Sequence record: OR637327.1 | From: Klebsiella phage iPHaGe-KPN-11i | Reading direction: 5' to 3' (one strand) | Length of the DNA: 64,000 bases | Shown here: positions 8,705-17,340 of the stretch, piece by piece | Layout: each line of letters starts with the position of its first letter | Numbering within the stretch: the first letter of the stretch is position 1 | Translations under genes and position numbers: made by a program | The notes under the pieces: generated by a model | What the model saw: the letters and a program-made list of their open reading frames with translations, nothing else | Database searches by the model: none | Told to the model about the DNA's origin: nothing

Positions 8705-8982
8705 TTAAATTATCATTTGTAGGTAAAACTGTACATGCAAAAACACTGAACGAAGCAAAAGCGCAGATGTTTGACATTCTCATGAACCCCGCGTTCGTTA
8801 AAGTCGAATACGATGAATATGTTGTTCAGCCTGGCGATAGCATGTATTCAATCGCTGAAAAATTATACGGTCGTGGTGAGCGCTGGCAGTCCATCGCTAA
8901 GTTGAACCGTAAAACCGTTAGCAATGCAAGCTATATCCTTCCGGGGATGGTTCTGAAATTGCCTCAGTTAGTCGAATTATGA
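8701..8982 (+). CDS. LysM-domain protein
   Basis: A LysM signature YVVQPGDSMYSIAEKLYG...W..I...N is present. Confidence 0.55.
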   Translation: MIKLSFVGKTVHAKTLNEAKAQMFDILMNPAFVKVEYDEYVVQPGDSMYSIAEKLYGRGERWQSIAKLNRKTVSNASYILPGMVLKLPQLVEL

Positions 8983-8984
8983 TA

Positions 8985-9021
8985 AAAAGCCCTTGCATTC
9001 GTGCAGGGGCTTTGTTATTTT
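8985..9021 (+). promoter_or_regulatory. PeSL-type cassette: UUCG-tetraloop terminator with an overlapping promoter
   Basis: The hairpin cccttgca-ttcg-tgcagggg is followed by a T run. The -35 TTGCAT (8993-8998) sits in the 5-prime arm, a 17 nt spacer follows, and the -10 is TATTTT. Confidence 0.5.
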
Positions 9022-9050
9022 GTAGGGACTGAAACAAAAGAGGATAAAAC

Positions 9051-9194
9051 ATGTTTGGTGATTTGAAAGAAGGTTTGAACATTTTAATTGGATTCGCGAT
9101 CATTGGTGTGATTGCTTGTGTGTCCGGCGCGGTGTGGTTGTCTTATCAGGCGATCGTGTGGTTGGGCGAATGGCTTCACATTCTGGCACAGTAA
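9051..9194 (+). CDS. small membrane protein (47 aa)
   Basis: It is below the ORF-track cutoff. It has a strong RBS (aaaagaggataaaacATG) and a single TM helix. Confidence 0.45.
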   Translation: MFGDLKEGLNILIGFAIIGVIACVSGAVWLSYQAIVWLGEWLHILAQ

Positions 9195-9203
9195 GGGGAT
9201 ATT

Positions 9204-9413
9204 ATGCGTTTATGTTTAGTTGGTGTAGGTTTCGGTCGTGCGTTAACTCAAGGGTTAATCGACTCAATCCGCTGGATTCAACCAAGCGTTGAACTGTACG
9301 CAATGCCGAACCGGATCGAATACTCTGATCCGACACCGTACAAAATGAAACCGTATCAAGCGCCACGCGTTAACCGTGTGCTACACCGTCAATCTGTAAA
9401 CAGGGGTAAGTGA
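9204..9413 (+). CDS. hypothetical protein
   Basis: A 69 aa ORF with an RBS (taaggggatattATG). Confidence 0.45.
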   Translation: MRLCLVGVGFGRALTQGLIDSIRWIQPSVELYAMPNRIEYSDPTPYKMKPYQAPRVNRVLHRQSVNRGK

Positions 9414-9718
9414 TGAAAGAGCTTACGATCGTCGCAGCAGTTCTGATTTTCATCATAGTTTCAATGATTATCGTCAGACTGTACCAGCACGGGGAAGCGT
9501 TTGAATGGTTCCTGGATCACGACAAAGCGTTTCGAAAGCATTTCGCTGGTGAGTTCATCTTTACTCATGTAAGCGTAGCAAGCGGTACGGTAACGTTTGA
9601 TTTTGACGGGAAATGGAAATCATACCATGTTGAACTCTCCCTTATGGATGCTAAACGCGTGTATGATGCCACACAAAACGGCGGTATGCGAAAGATGCTT
9701 ATACCACTGGCAAAATAA
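9410..9718 (+). CDS. membrane-anchored hypothetical protein
   Basis: A 102 aa ORF with an N-terminal TM helix. Confidence 0.45.
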   Translation: MMKELTIVAAVLIFIIVSMIIVRLYQHGEAFEWFLDHDKAFRKHFAGEFIFTHVSVASGTVTFDFDGKWKSYHVELSLMDAKRVYDATQNGGMRKMLIPLAK

Positions 9719-9721
9719 TTT

Positions 9722-9760
9722 TAATAGCCTCTTGCAATGCAAGAGGCTTTTTTGTATATT
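9722..9760 (+). promoter_or_regulatory. PeSL-type cassette: terminator plus promoter
   Basis: A perfect 10 bp stem gcctcttgca/tgcaagaggc is followed by a T6 run. The -35 TTGCAA lies within the stem, then a 17 nt spacer and a -10 TATATT. Confidence 0.55.
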
Positions 9761-9785
9761 GCGCACATACCAAAAGGAGGCAACT

Positions 9786-10271
9786 ATGACACGTATTAAC
9801 ACAATCGATCCTTCTCTTCTGCTGAACGAACACCTGATCGCAGAACTGCGCGAACTCCCTCGCATCCCCAATGCCGTTTTATCCGGTAAGGCAAAAATCA
9901 ACCTGTCAAAAATCCCTGCTGTGTATACGCTGGGAACCGGACACGTAACCTTCTTTTACAATAAGCTGGGATACCTTCGCGATCGTCATGTTGCATTACG
10001 TGCTGAATACCTCACGCGTAACGGTAAAGAATACATGGACGGTGCATACGAAGATTTCGATCTTAGTCCGCTGTCAAACTCCCTGTTTCATCGTCATTTG
10101 TGCGCGGACTGGCAACCAACGCCGGAATCAGTGAAAATCAATGTTGAGCGTATCCGTGAACGTTTCGAACTGCGCAAACGTGCTTATCGGTTCGGTACTG
10201 AGATCATCAACGACGAAGCGGCATGGGATACGTATTACGAAAAATTAAAAGAAAAATACGATTTTCTTTGA
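9786..10271 (+). CDS. denV: endonuclease V, pyrimidine-dimer DNA glycosylase (DenV)
   Basis: MTRIN...HLxAExRELPR...GxGHVTFFYxKLxxLRxR matches T4 DenV. The start is taken at the internal ATG, which has an AAGGAGG RBS. Confidence 0.85.
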   Translation: MTRINTIDPSLLLNEHLIAELRELPRIPNAVLSGKAKINLSKIPAVYTLGTGHVTFFYNKLGYLRDRHVALRAEYLTRNGKEYMDGAYEDFDLSPLSNSLFHRHLCADWQPTPESVKINVERIRERFELRKRAYRFGTEIINDEAAWDTYYEKLKEKYDFL

Positions 10272-10331
10272 TTTGGGTATTGACCCAAATTTCGATATGC
10301 AGTATATTACACACATCGAAACGAAACAGAC
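10272..10331 (+). promoter_or_regulatory. early promoter in a hairpin, with a conserved leader
   Basis: The hairpin tttgggt-attg-acccaaa carries a -35 TTGACC (10280-10285), followed by a 17 nt spacer and a -10 TATATT (10303-10308). Then comes the conserved leader catcgaaacgaaacagac. Confidence 0.55.
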
Positions 10332-10345
10332 AAAAGGAACGCATC

Positions 10346-10507
10346 ATGAAAAACTTAGAAGCCAAAGTAGTTAAAGTCCTGGTTAAGAACGGTTTCAACG
10401 AAAACGACGCGGTAGCAATGGTTGAAAAGAATCTGAATGATGCGTTGAAAGTTAGACCAGAAGCAAAACCTGCTAAACTCGCAGAGGTGATTGTATGCAT
10501 CATGTAA
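10346..10507 (+). CDS. hypothetical protein (53 aa)
   Basis: An internal ATG with an RBS (aaaaggaacgcatcATG). Confidence 0.4.
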   Translation: MKNLEAKVVKVLVKNGFNENDAVAMVEKNLNDALKVRPEAKPAKLAEVIVCIM

Positions 10508-10698
10508 AAGTAAGCATCAAGGATATCACGGTGGGTGACACCGTGATCCACGAAGGGAAAATGAAGACTGTCGGGAAAAACGATATCAAGCACGACCCTT
10601 TGTTTGGTGTTCTCCTGTTCGGTGATAGTTTCAACTTGGGGAGAACTTTTATTGACCGGGTTATTTTCCCGAAATGGTATCAAGGGAAACGGGTTTAA
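10495..10698 (+). CDS. hypothetical protein
   Basis: A 67 aa ORF whose start overlaps the upstream stop. Confidence 0.4.
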   Translation: MHHVKVSIKDITVGDTVIHEGKMKTVGKNDIKHDPLFGVLLFGDSFNLGRTFIDRVIFPKWYQGKRV

Positions 10699-10783
10699 CA
10701 AATAGCACTTTTTGCTAAAGACTTCACGGGATAGCTTTGATATAGTTATCCCATCGAAACGAAACAGACTTTAGGAGATTGCC

Positions 10784-11116
10784 ATGTATACTTTTGACGA
10801 ACTGAAAGCCGCAGCACAGCCTTTACTGGATGCGATGTTCAAAGCCCGTAACGGTGGCGCATTCGAAAACGAATTCTTTGAAACTGTTTTCGTTCTGGAA
10901 AAAGGCCGTAAGTATCATCGTATTGTGCAGGATACTCGCAACAAACAGACTGGTGAAATGTTCGATCAGCGTTCAGTTGCTGGTTTCCTGGACAATGACG
11001 GCAATATCCTGAAAGCCGCAGGATGGAAAGCACCTGCTAAGGGTATTCGCGGTAATATCTTCAACAACCCAGAGAACGCGATCGACCGTAGCGGTTACGT
11101 TCGCTATCTTCGCTAA
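10784..11116 (+). CDS. hypothetical protein
   Basis: A 110 aa ORF. It is preceded by a hairpin-embedded -10 and the same tcgaaacgaaacagac leader, with a taggagattgccATG RBS. Confidence 0.55.
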   Translation: MYTFDELKAAAQPLLDAMFKARNGGAFENEFFETVFVLEKGRKYHRIVQDTRNKQTGEMFDQRSVAGFLDNDGNILKAAGWKAPAKGIRGNIFNNPENAIDRSGYVRYLR

Positions 11117-11148
11117 AATCGGGGCTTCGGCCCCTTTGGAATATTAAA

Positions 11149-11739
11149 ATGAAACTATCAGCGACCGCAAGTTGGTCAATCTTCGGACTGATAGCCGCAG
11201 GGGTTTTATTCTTCGCATGGCAATCAAGAGATCCGAACAAAGCGGCGTATGAAGCCGCACAACGAGTAGTAGAACAGGATGCAGAAGCGCAACACGAAGC
11301 AATGTTAAAACAACGTCGTGATATGGGCTTTGTGGAGACTGTGAGTTACACAAACGCTTTTGGTGATGTCACCACGCGCTCTGTAAACGTCTTAGGGCGC
11401 ACGAAAGGGACAATGCTCACCATCAGACGGGAAGGAACCGGAAAGCTCGTAGACGTGTGTTTCAGCGCGATTACGGACGATTCCAAACGCGAACTATTCG
11501 CCCCGTATTTTTCTACGCCAGTCTATGCTAAATTTGACGGCGGAGAAACAAAAGAGTTTAGCGCAAGCAGAGGAAGTACCGAAGATTTCCTGTGTATTAC
11601 TTCCCCGCAACGTTTCCTTTTCAATATGGATCGTGCTAATGTTATGCAAGTCCAGTTAGTATTCCTGGATCATTACTCCAAAGTGCCGGAAGTGCATGAA
11701 TGGAACCTGTCAACATATAATGAGGTTGTGAAGAAATGA
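11149..11739 (+). CDS. secreted or membrane-anchored hypothetical protein
   Basis: A 196 aa ORF with an N-terminal hydrophobic signal or anchor. Confidence 0.5.
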   Translation: MKLSATASWSIFGLIAAGVLFFAWQSRDPNKAAYEAAQRVVEQDAEAQHEAMLKQRRDMGFVETVSYTNAFGDVTTRSVNVLGRTKGTMLTIRREGTGKLVDVCFSAITDDSKRELFAPYFSTPVYAKFDGGETKEFSASRGSTEDFLCITSPQRFLFNMDRANVMQVQLVFLDHYSKVPEVHEWNLSTYNEVVKK

Positions 11740-12035
11740 GCAGACGCCCAAAGAACAGCAAAACCGAAATGTTTGCAACGTTTGATGTAAACGGAAAGAA
11801 CATTGAGGGTAAACCATGCACGAACTCAAAGTTTATGCATATCGCCGGATTGCCTGGCATGAGTGTTAAGACTTCGTATGATTGTCATTACAACGAAGAA
11901 ACCACCTCTGTTTATTTGGGCGAAGAACTCATGGCTGAACGCGTCATGCAGTGTGTGCATTTCCCTGGTGAACGTCCAGAAGTGAACTGTTTTATTGTTG
12001 GTTATCATAAAGGTATTGTAAATGAGCAAGTATAA
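11736..12035 (+). CDS. hypothetical Cys-rich protein
   Basis: A 99 aa ORF. Confidence 0.45.
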   Translation: MSRRPKNSKTEMFATFDVNGKNIEGKPCTNSKFMHIAGLPGMSVKTSYDCHYNEETTSVYLGEELMAERVMQCVHFPGERPEVNCFIVGYHKGIVNEQV

Positions 12036-12621
12036 AGTTGGCGATATGTACGCCCCGAAATCTATTTTAATGGCTGTGTGTCAAATGGCATCAGAAGCCG
12101 ATCCGATTCGTCGTATGTATGACGCGTTGCGTAAGAATCCGATGGACTTCAATTCACCACGCCGGATCAGTATGGTGTATGAAGAAACAGGGATTCTTTA
12201 TCTTGAAGGTATTCCCGTTCCTGTAAAGTTCAACGATATGAAAGGGCTTTTCAATCCGGTATGGGTTGCACCAGAACCGGAAACTGAAATTACGATCCAC
12301 GTCAATAAAGGTGAGGAAGTACCGCGCGAAAATTCCGCTGTAGTTCTGGATAAGTTTTTCAAGACCGCTCATAGCGTCAAAAAACGAACCGTTAGCGACG
12401 TGGTTCACCACCTGTCCGCAGAGGTTGGGGAGATCTCCGAATGTCTCGTTCAGCCTCAACGCGGCGGTGATATCGTCGAAGAAAGCGTTGATGCGATCGT
12501 GTGCGCACTGGATGTGATTTACCTGAAACTGAGTACAACCCACGGGACGACAGAAATCGCGCAAGTGATCAATAAACTGCTTGATAAGAAATTAGATAAG
12601 TGGTACTCTACTTGTAGTTAA
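12022..12621 (+). CDS. hypothetical protein with a C-terminal MazG-like NTP pyrophosphohydrolase motif
   Basis: The stretch LSAEVGEISECL...DIVEESVDAIVCALDV resembles an all-alpha NTP-PPase (EEXXE...D) signature. Confidence 0.4.
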   Translation: MSKYKVGDMYAPKSILMAVCQMASEADPIRRMYDALRKNPMDFNSPRRISMVYEETGILYLEGIPVPVKFNDMKGLFNPVWVAPEPETEITIHVNKGEEVPRENSAVVLDKFFKTAHSVKKRTVSDVVHHLSAEVGEISECLVQPQRGGDIVEESVDAIVCALDVIYLKLSTTHGTTEIAQVINKLLDKKLDKWYSTCS

Positions 12622-12641
12622 TCAATTACGAGGATCGGATC

Positions 12642-13073
12642 ATGTTGGTTTATCGCGTTGAATTGAAAGCGTCTATATTATCCAAATATGATGGATGGTG
12701 TAAGCAATTAGGCCCGTATACGGGTTGTGTCGGTGATGAAGACGATCTCTATGAGTATCTCGATATTCATGGAATCGAGTTCGGTTTAAACTTCGGTATC
12801 TCCGAGACTCGTCACCCCGCACCATGCGAAGACCTTCGTTTAATGCGTAACCTCAAAAAACATGGTAAAAATTATCGTAGCTATATTTTCGGCTTCTCTT
12901 CATTGCAGAAGTTGTCTAAATGGTTCGATAGCTGGGAGCGGCAAATTTTGGAGAATCAGGGATATATTTGTATGGTGTACGAAACTGATCTCATGTTTGC
13001 AGGGAACAAACAATGTGTTTTCAGCAAAGCCGCAACCCCGATCCGTTTTATTCCATTGTCAGAGATTTATTAA
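12642..13073 (+). CDS. hypothetical protein
   Basis: A 143 aa ORF. Confidence 0.45.
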   Translation: MLVYRVELKASILSKYDGWCKQLGPYTGCVGDEDDLYEYLDIHGIEFGLNFGISETRHPAPCEDLRLMRNLKKHGKNYRSYIFGFSSLQKLSKWFDSWERQILENQGYICMVYETDLMFAGNKQCVFSKAATPIRFIPLSEIY

Positions 13074-13237
13074 TGCCAACATATACCTATAAATGCACCA
13101 AGTGCGAAAAAGAATTCCCGAAAATGTCCAGCATCGCAAGCCGCGACGAACCGAAAGATTGTGATTGCGGGGGCGAGGCGAAACGAACGGTTGATAAGCC
13201 GCAGATGGTGAAAGACGGATTCCCGTACAACAAGTAA
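13073..13237 (+). CDS. zinc-ribbon protein (54 aa)
   Basis: CTKCEK...CDCGG; the ATG overlaps the upstream stop (TAATG). Confidence 0.4.
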   Translation: MPTYTYKCTKCEKEFPKMSSIASRDEPKDCDCGGEAKRTVDKPQMVKDGFPYNK

Positions 13238-13262
13238 ACCCCGAAAGGGGTTTTCTTTTTCA
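13237..13262 (+). terminator. rho-independent terminator
   Basis: The hairpin ccccgaaagggg is followed by a T run. Confidence 0.65.
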
Positions 13263-13304
13263 TAGAACCCTATATAATGCCTGAGAACTAATAAAGAGGT
13301 GAAT

Positions 13305-15194
13305 ATGAGTTTAGATTTCTTAATGGACGATAACGAGCCGCAGAAAGCACCAGAAGCCCCAGCAAAGGGCGCTAAGGTGGATGAATCATTCTGCTTGAGC
13401 GACCGCGATCATATTCGCAAACGTCCGAATATGTACGTGGGTTCAGTGAACAAAGAAGCCCATGAACGTTTTATCATGGGGCAATTCCGCAAAGTGGAAT
13501 ACGTGGAAGGGTTGGTGAAAATCATCAACGAAATCCTGGATAACTCCATCGACGAAGCGATCCGAACTGATTTCAAATATGCGAACAAAATCGAAGTGAA
13601 GATTGATCACAATCTGGTCACTATTTCGGACAACGGACGCGGTATTCCACAAGATGACGTGAGAACGCCAGAAGGGAAGATTGTTCCTAAACCTGTTGCA
13701 GCATGGACAATGGCTAAATCCGGTTCTAACTTCGATGACGAAAACCGCGTAACAATGGGGATGAACGGTGTAGGTTCTTTCCTGACAAACTGTTACAGCG
13801 CGATCTTTATCGGTGAGACATCCAACGGTAAACGCAAAGTCACGATCAACTGTACGGACGGGGCGCAGAACATGGATTACCGCACCAGCCCGACGAAGGA
13901 GCAAGGGACAACCGTTAAGTTTACCCCTGACTTCTCTATCTTCGGCGTGGACGGTATCGACGAAGAGACAAAGGAAGTCATCAAAGATCGCCTTATGGCG
14001 CTTGCAGTGGCTTTCCCTGCCGTTAAATTCACATATAACGGTGATATCCTCCCGAACAAATTCGCGATGTATGGCGCGATGTACGGTGATAAAACGATTA
14101 CCCAGACAAACAACAAAATCAGTTTCATCCTGGCGAGCACAGAAGACGGTTTCAAACAGAAATCCTTCGTTAACGGATTGGATACGAAAAACGGCGGTGT
14201 TCATGTTGACACCATGATCGACGGTATCTATTCCGAACTCGAACCGATGATCAAGAAAACACACGCTATCGAGATCCCAAAAGCCCGTGTAAAAGAATGC
14301 TTGACTTTGGTTGTGTTTTTGCATAACTTCAATGCACCAGCTTTTGATAGTCAGACGAAAGAAAAACTGACTAACACCGCTGGGGAGTTCAACAACCACG
14401 CCGGACTGAACTATAAAAAGATCGCGAAACAGATTATGGATACTTCTGAAATAATCACTCCGATCATTGAGTCCGCTCTGATTCGCAAACAGGCCGCAGA
14501 AGCCGCAGCCATTACCAAAGCGAAGAAGAAAGCTAAAAAGGCGAAGGTTGCAAAACATGTTCCGGCATCAGGGATCGACACTGACGGGGTAGAAACCACT
14601 TTGTTTCTGACCGAGGGCGATTCCGCCGTGGGGCAGTTTATCGAGTGCAGAAACGAAGAGACACAAGGCGCATTTCCGCTACGTGGTAAACCGTTGAACA
14701 CCTGGGGAATGAGTAACTTAGAAGTGCTCAAAAACAAAGAATTGTCTGAACTCATGGCGATCCTGAATCTCCATCCAGGCGACTCTTCCGAAATGACTTA
14801 CGACAACATCGGGATCATGGTCGATGCTGACGTTGACGGGGGAGATATTCTCACCCTACTGATTGCGTTCTTTAGCCGCTGGCCTGAGTTGTTCGAGAAG
14901 AAAAAGATCCGTTATATCCGCACACCGATTATCATTGCGAAAGTCGGTAAAGATGAAAAATGGTTCTACTCCCTTGAAGATTTCGCACCGTTCCGCGATA
15001 AGGCGAAAGAGGTACGATATATCAAAGGTCTGGGTTCTTTACGTAAAGAAGATTACGATCGGGTGTTGGGCGACCAGTTAAAATACGATACAATCGTACT
15101 GGGCGACGAATACAAAGACGTTCTGGAACTGTGTTTCGGTGATGAATCCGATCCGCGTAAAGACTGGGTGAACGGAAACATAAATTTTCGGTGA
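13305..15194 (+). CDS. 39: DNA topoisomerase II large subunit (gp39, with the gp60 region fused)
   Basis: A GHKL ATPase motif ILDNSIDEA, a GyrB-like body and a Toprim region are present. It is a single unsplit ORF starting at the ATG with an aaagaggtgaat RBS. Confidence 0.9.
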   Translation: MSLDFLMDDNEPQKAPEAPAKGAKVDESFCLSDRDHIRKRPNMYVGSVNKEAHERFIMGQFRKVEYVEGLVKIINEILDNSIDEAIRTDFKYANKIEVKIDHNLVTISDNGRGIPQDDVRTPEGKIVPKPVAAWTMAKSGSNFDDENRVTMGMNGVGSFLTNCYSAIFIGETSNGKRKVTINCTDGAQNMDYRTSPTKEQGTTVKFTPDFSIFGVDGIDEETKEVIKDRLMALAVAFPAVKFTYNGDILPNKFAMYGAMYGDKTITQTNNKISFILASTEDGFKQKSFVNGLDTKNGGVHVDTMIDGIYSELEPMIKKTHAIEIPKARVKECLTLVVFLHNFNAPAFDSQTKEKLTNTAGEFNNHAGLNYKKIAKQIMDTSEIITPIIESALIRKQAAEAAAITKAKKKAKKAKVAKHVPASGIDTDGVETTLFLTEGDSAVGQFIECRNEETQGAFPLRGKPLNTWGMSNLEVLKNKELSELMAILNLHPGDSSEMTYDNIGIMVDADVDGGDILTLLIAFFSRWPELFEKKKIRYIRTPIIIAKVGKDEKWFYSLEDFAPFRDKAKEVRYIKGLGSLRKEDYDRVLGDQLKYDTIVLGDEYKDVLELCFGDESDPRKDWVNGNINFR

Positions 15195-15198
15195 AATA

Positions 15199-16485
15199 AT
15201 GGAAAGAAGTATTAAAGACGTTGTGCAGGTAGAAGGGCTTACGTTTGCCCTTTACACAATTTATTCTCGTGCGATCCCGCACCTGGTAGACGGGTTCAAA
15301 CCCGTTCACCGTTTCTTCGTGCATTCCGCAGCGAAAGGCGGTACAGGCTTCCAGAAAGTAGCCTCTATCGCTGGCGGTGTTGCAATGTATGGTTATCACC
15401 ACGGGGAAACATCCGTTGAAGAGGCATTGTCTCTTATGGCGGCGCACTGGTGCAATAACATCCCGCTTTTTGACCGCGATGGGTTCTTTGGTTCCCGTTT
15501 GGTTAAAAAGCCAGGCGCACCGCGCTACATTAAATGTAAGCTGTCTCCGCTGTTCAAGGCTATCTACATGGATGAAGATTTAACAATCCCGCATGAAGAT
15601 CCTGAACACGTACCGCCAGCCTATTACCTACCAATCATTCCGATGGTACTAGTTAACGGGTTCAGCGGGATCGCGAAAGCATACGCTACCAACATTCCAC
15701 CACACGATCCGATTTCGGTTCTGAATGGATGTGTTAGTTACCTGAACGGGAAAGATTTCACACTGGATCTGAAATACCCGCATTTCAAAGGTGACATTGA
15801 AAACGGTACGATTTACGGCAAGTATGAACTCCAGGGTAAAACCAAACTGGTGATCACAGAGATTCCGGTCAAGTACGATCGCGTGAAATATATCTCTATC
15901 CTGGATAAGCTGGAAGAGAAAGGGTATATCGTAAGCTACAAGGATCTATCGAAAGAAGATTTTCGCTACGAAATCACCCTTAAACGCGAGTACGCAAACG
16001 GGCTTACCCGCGAGAAGATCCTGAAAGATTTCGGATTGATTGAGAACTCAAACCCAAACATCAACGTTATCTTCAATGGGAAACTGCATTCGTATGAACG
16101 CCCTGAAACGCTGTTGAAAGACTTCGTTGATATCCGTATCGGTGTTTATCAACAACGCATTGATAAACGCATCCAGGAGACTAAGGAAGCGTTAGATAAA
16201 GCGCTGGCGAAGGTTGACTTCATTGATCAGATGATCGCACAACCTGACGCGTTGAAGGGGCTTAGTCGCAGCGAAGCGGTTAAACTTGTCTCTACGTGGA
16301 CGGGTTGCGAGAACCACGCCGAAATCCTGGTTGCGATGAATATCTATCATCTAACCACGGATGAACGTCAAAAGCTGGAAGACGAAGCGAACGAACTGCG
16401 TAAGCAACTGAAATACTGGGAAGAAACGACCCCGAAAACTGAATATCTCAATGATTTGAAAGAACTTTCGAAGAAATTGAAATAA
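15199..16485 (+). CDS. 52: DNA topoisomerase II medium subunit (gp52)
   Basis: It is colinear with T4 gp52: IPxxxDGFKPVxRF, LASIAGGVA..GYHHGE, and an active-site Tyr region. Confidence 0.9.
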   Translation: MERSIKDVVQVEGLTFALYTIYSRAIPHLVDGFKPVHRFFVHSAAKGGTGFQKVASIAGGVAMYGYHHGETSVEEALSLMAAHWCNNIPLFDRDGFFGSRLVKKPGAPRYIKCKLSPLFKAIYMDEDLTIPHEDPEHVPPAYYLPIIPMVLVNGFSGIAKAYATNIPPHDPISVLNGCVSYLNGKDFTLDLKYPHFKGDIENGTIYGKYELQGKTKLVITEIPVKYDRVKYISILDKLEEKGYIVSYKDLSKEDFRYEITLKREYANGLTREKILKDFGLIENSNPNINVIFNGKLHSYERPETLLKDFVDIRIGVYQQRIDKRIQETKEALDKALAKVDFIDQMIAQPDALKGLSRSEAVKLVSTWTGCENHAEILVAMNIYHLTTDERQKLEDEANELRKQLKYWEETTPKTEYLNDLKELSKKLK

Positions 16486-16487
16486 TT

Positions 16488-16530
16488 TACAAAAAGCCTC
16501 TTGCATCGCGGGAGGCTTTTTTGCTATATT
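16488..16530 (+). promoter_or_regulatory. PeSL-type cassette: terminator plus promoter
   Basis: The hairpin gcctcttgcatcgcgggaggc is followed by a T6 run. The -35 TTGCAT is followed by an 18 nt spacer and a -10 TATATT. Confidence 0.55.
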
Positions 16531-16557
16531 GTCCTCACTGATTGGGGAGGATATAAA

Positions 16558-17097
16558 ATGTTCAAAACTCGTAGCGATATGGAAATAACCATTTGGGCCA
16601 AAAGCATCATGGCGAAACATGGCTTATCCCACTGGTCTTTCAAAATCAACGGACGTTTCAAAAGGACTTTAGGTCAGTGTTCATACACTCGTAAGTTGAT
16701 TGAGTTACGTCGCGATCATGTTAAGGAAGACACATACGAGAACGTTTTAGATACTCTCATGCACGAAATTGCTCATGCTCTGACCGAAGGGGCTGGACAC
16801 GGGATCGTATGGCAGCGTAAAGCTATCGAGTTGGGCGCACAGCCTACGCCAACCAAAAGCCGTGTTCGCGAGCAATCAGTGATTCGGGAAAGCAAAAAGG
16901 ATATGTATGCTTTGTTCCTGAAAACTCCGAACGGCGAAGTTTATCAGTGCAATATGCCTGAAAAGATGTACAATGAGATCCAGGAAGGTAAACGCAACCT
17001 TGCGAACATCTACATTTCAGGAAACAAAAGAGCAACCAAAGGGCGCTTAGTAGCGCGTAAATTGACACCAGAACAATATGCAGAGGCTATTCAATGA
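16558..17097 (+). CDS. SprT-like zinc metalloprotease (HExxH)
   Basis: TLGQCSY....LMHEIAHAL..GAGHG fits the SprT/Spartan-like signature. The start is taken at the internal ATG with a ggggaggatataaaATG RBS. Confidence 0.55.
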   Translation: MFKTRSDMEITIWAKSIMAKHGLSHWSFKINGRFKRTLGQCSYTRKLIELRRDHVKEDTYENVLDTLMHEIAHALTEGAGHGIVWQRKAIELGAQPTPTKSRVREQSVIRESKKDMYALFLKTPNGEVYQCNMPEKMYNEIQEGKRNLANIYISGNKRATKGRLVARKLTPEQYAEAIQ

Positions 17098-17330
17098 AAC
17101 CATATGATGCACCAAAAACGGGAAAATATATTACAATAGCTGTGCTGTGTACTATTGCAATATGTTTTGTAACTGCTATCGTGGTCGGTATCATGGATAT
17201 GAAAGACCGCGAACGTCAGAAGCAACAGGTTTACGAATACCTTGACCGGATGTGTACACCTGTTGAATATGGGCTTGATCAAAAGCCTGTGAAATATTCA
17301 TGCGATAACATCATCTTTAACACCAAGTGA
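17094..17330 (+). CDS. small membrane protein
   Basis: A 78 aa ORF with one TM helix. Confidence 0.45.
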   Translation: MKPYDAPKTGKYITIAVLCTIAICFVTAIVVGIMDMKDRERQKQQVYEYLDRMCTPVEYGLDQKPVKYSCDNIIFNTK

Positions 17331-17340
17331 GATATAAACA

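Noticed and set aside
8031-8783. A 250 aa ORF antisense to dexA
   Set aside because: dexA is unambiguous. The antisense frame is Arg/Ser-rich, which is typical of spurious reverse frames.
13443-14558. A 371 aa ORF on the - strand inside the topoisomerase gene 39
   Set aside because: It is fully antisense to a strongly supported conserved gene. It has no RBS and low-complexity composition, so it is a frame artefact.
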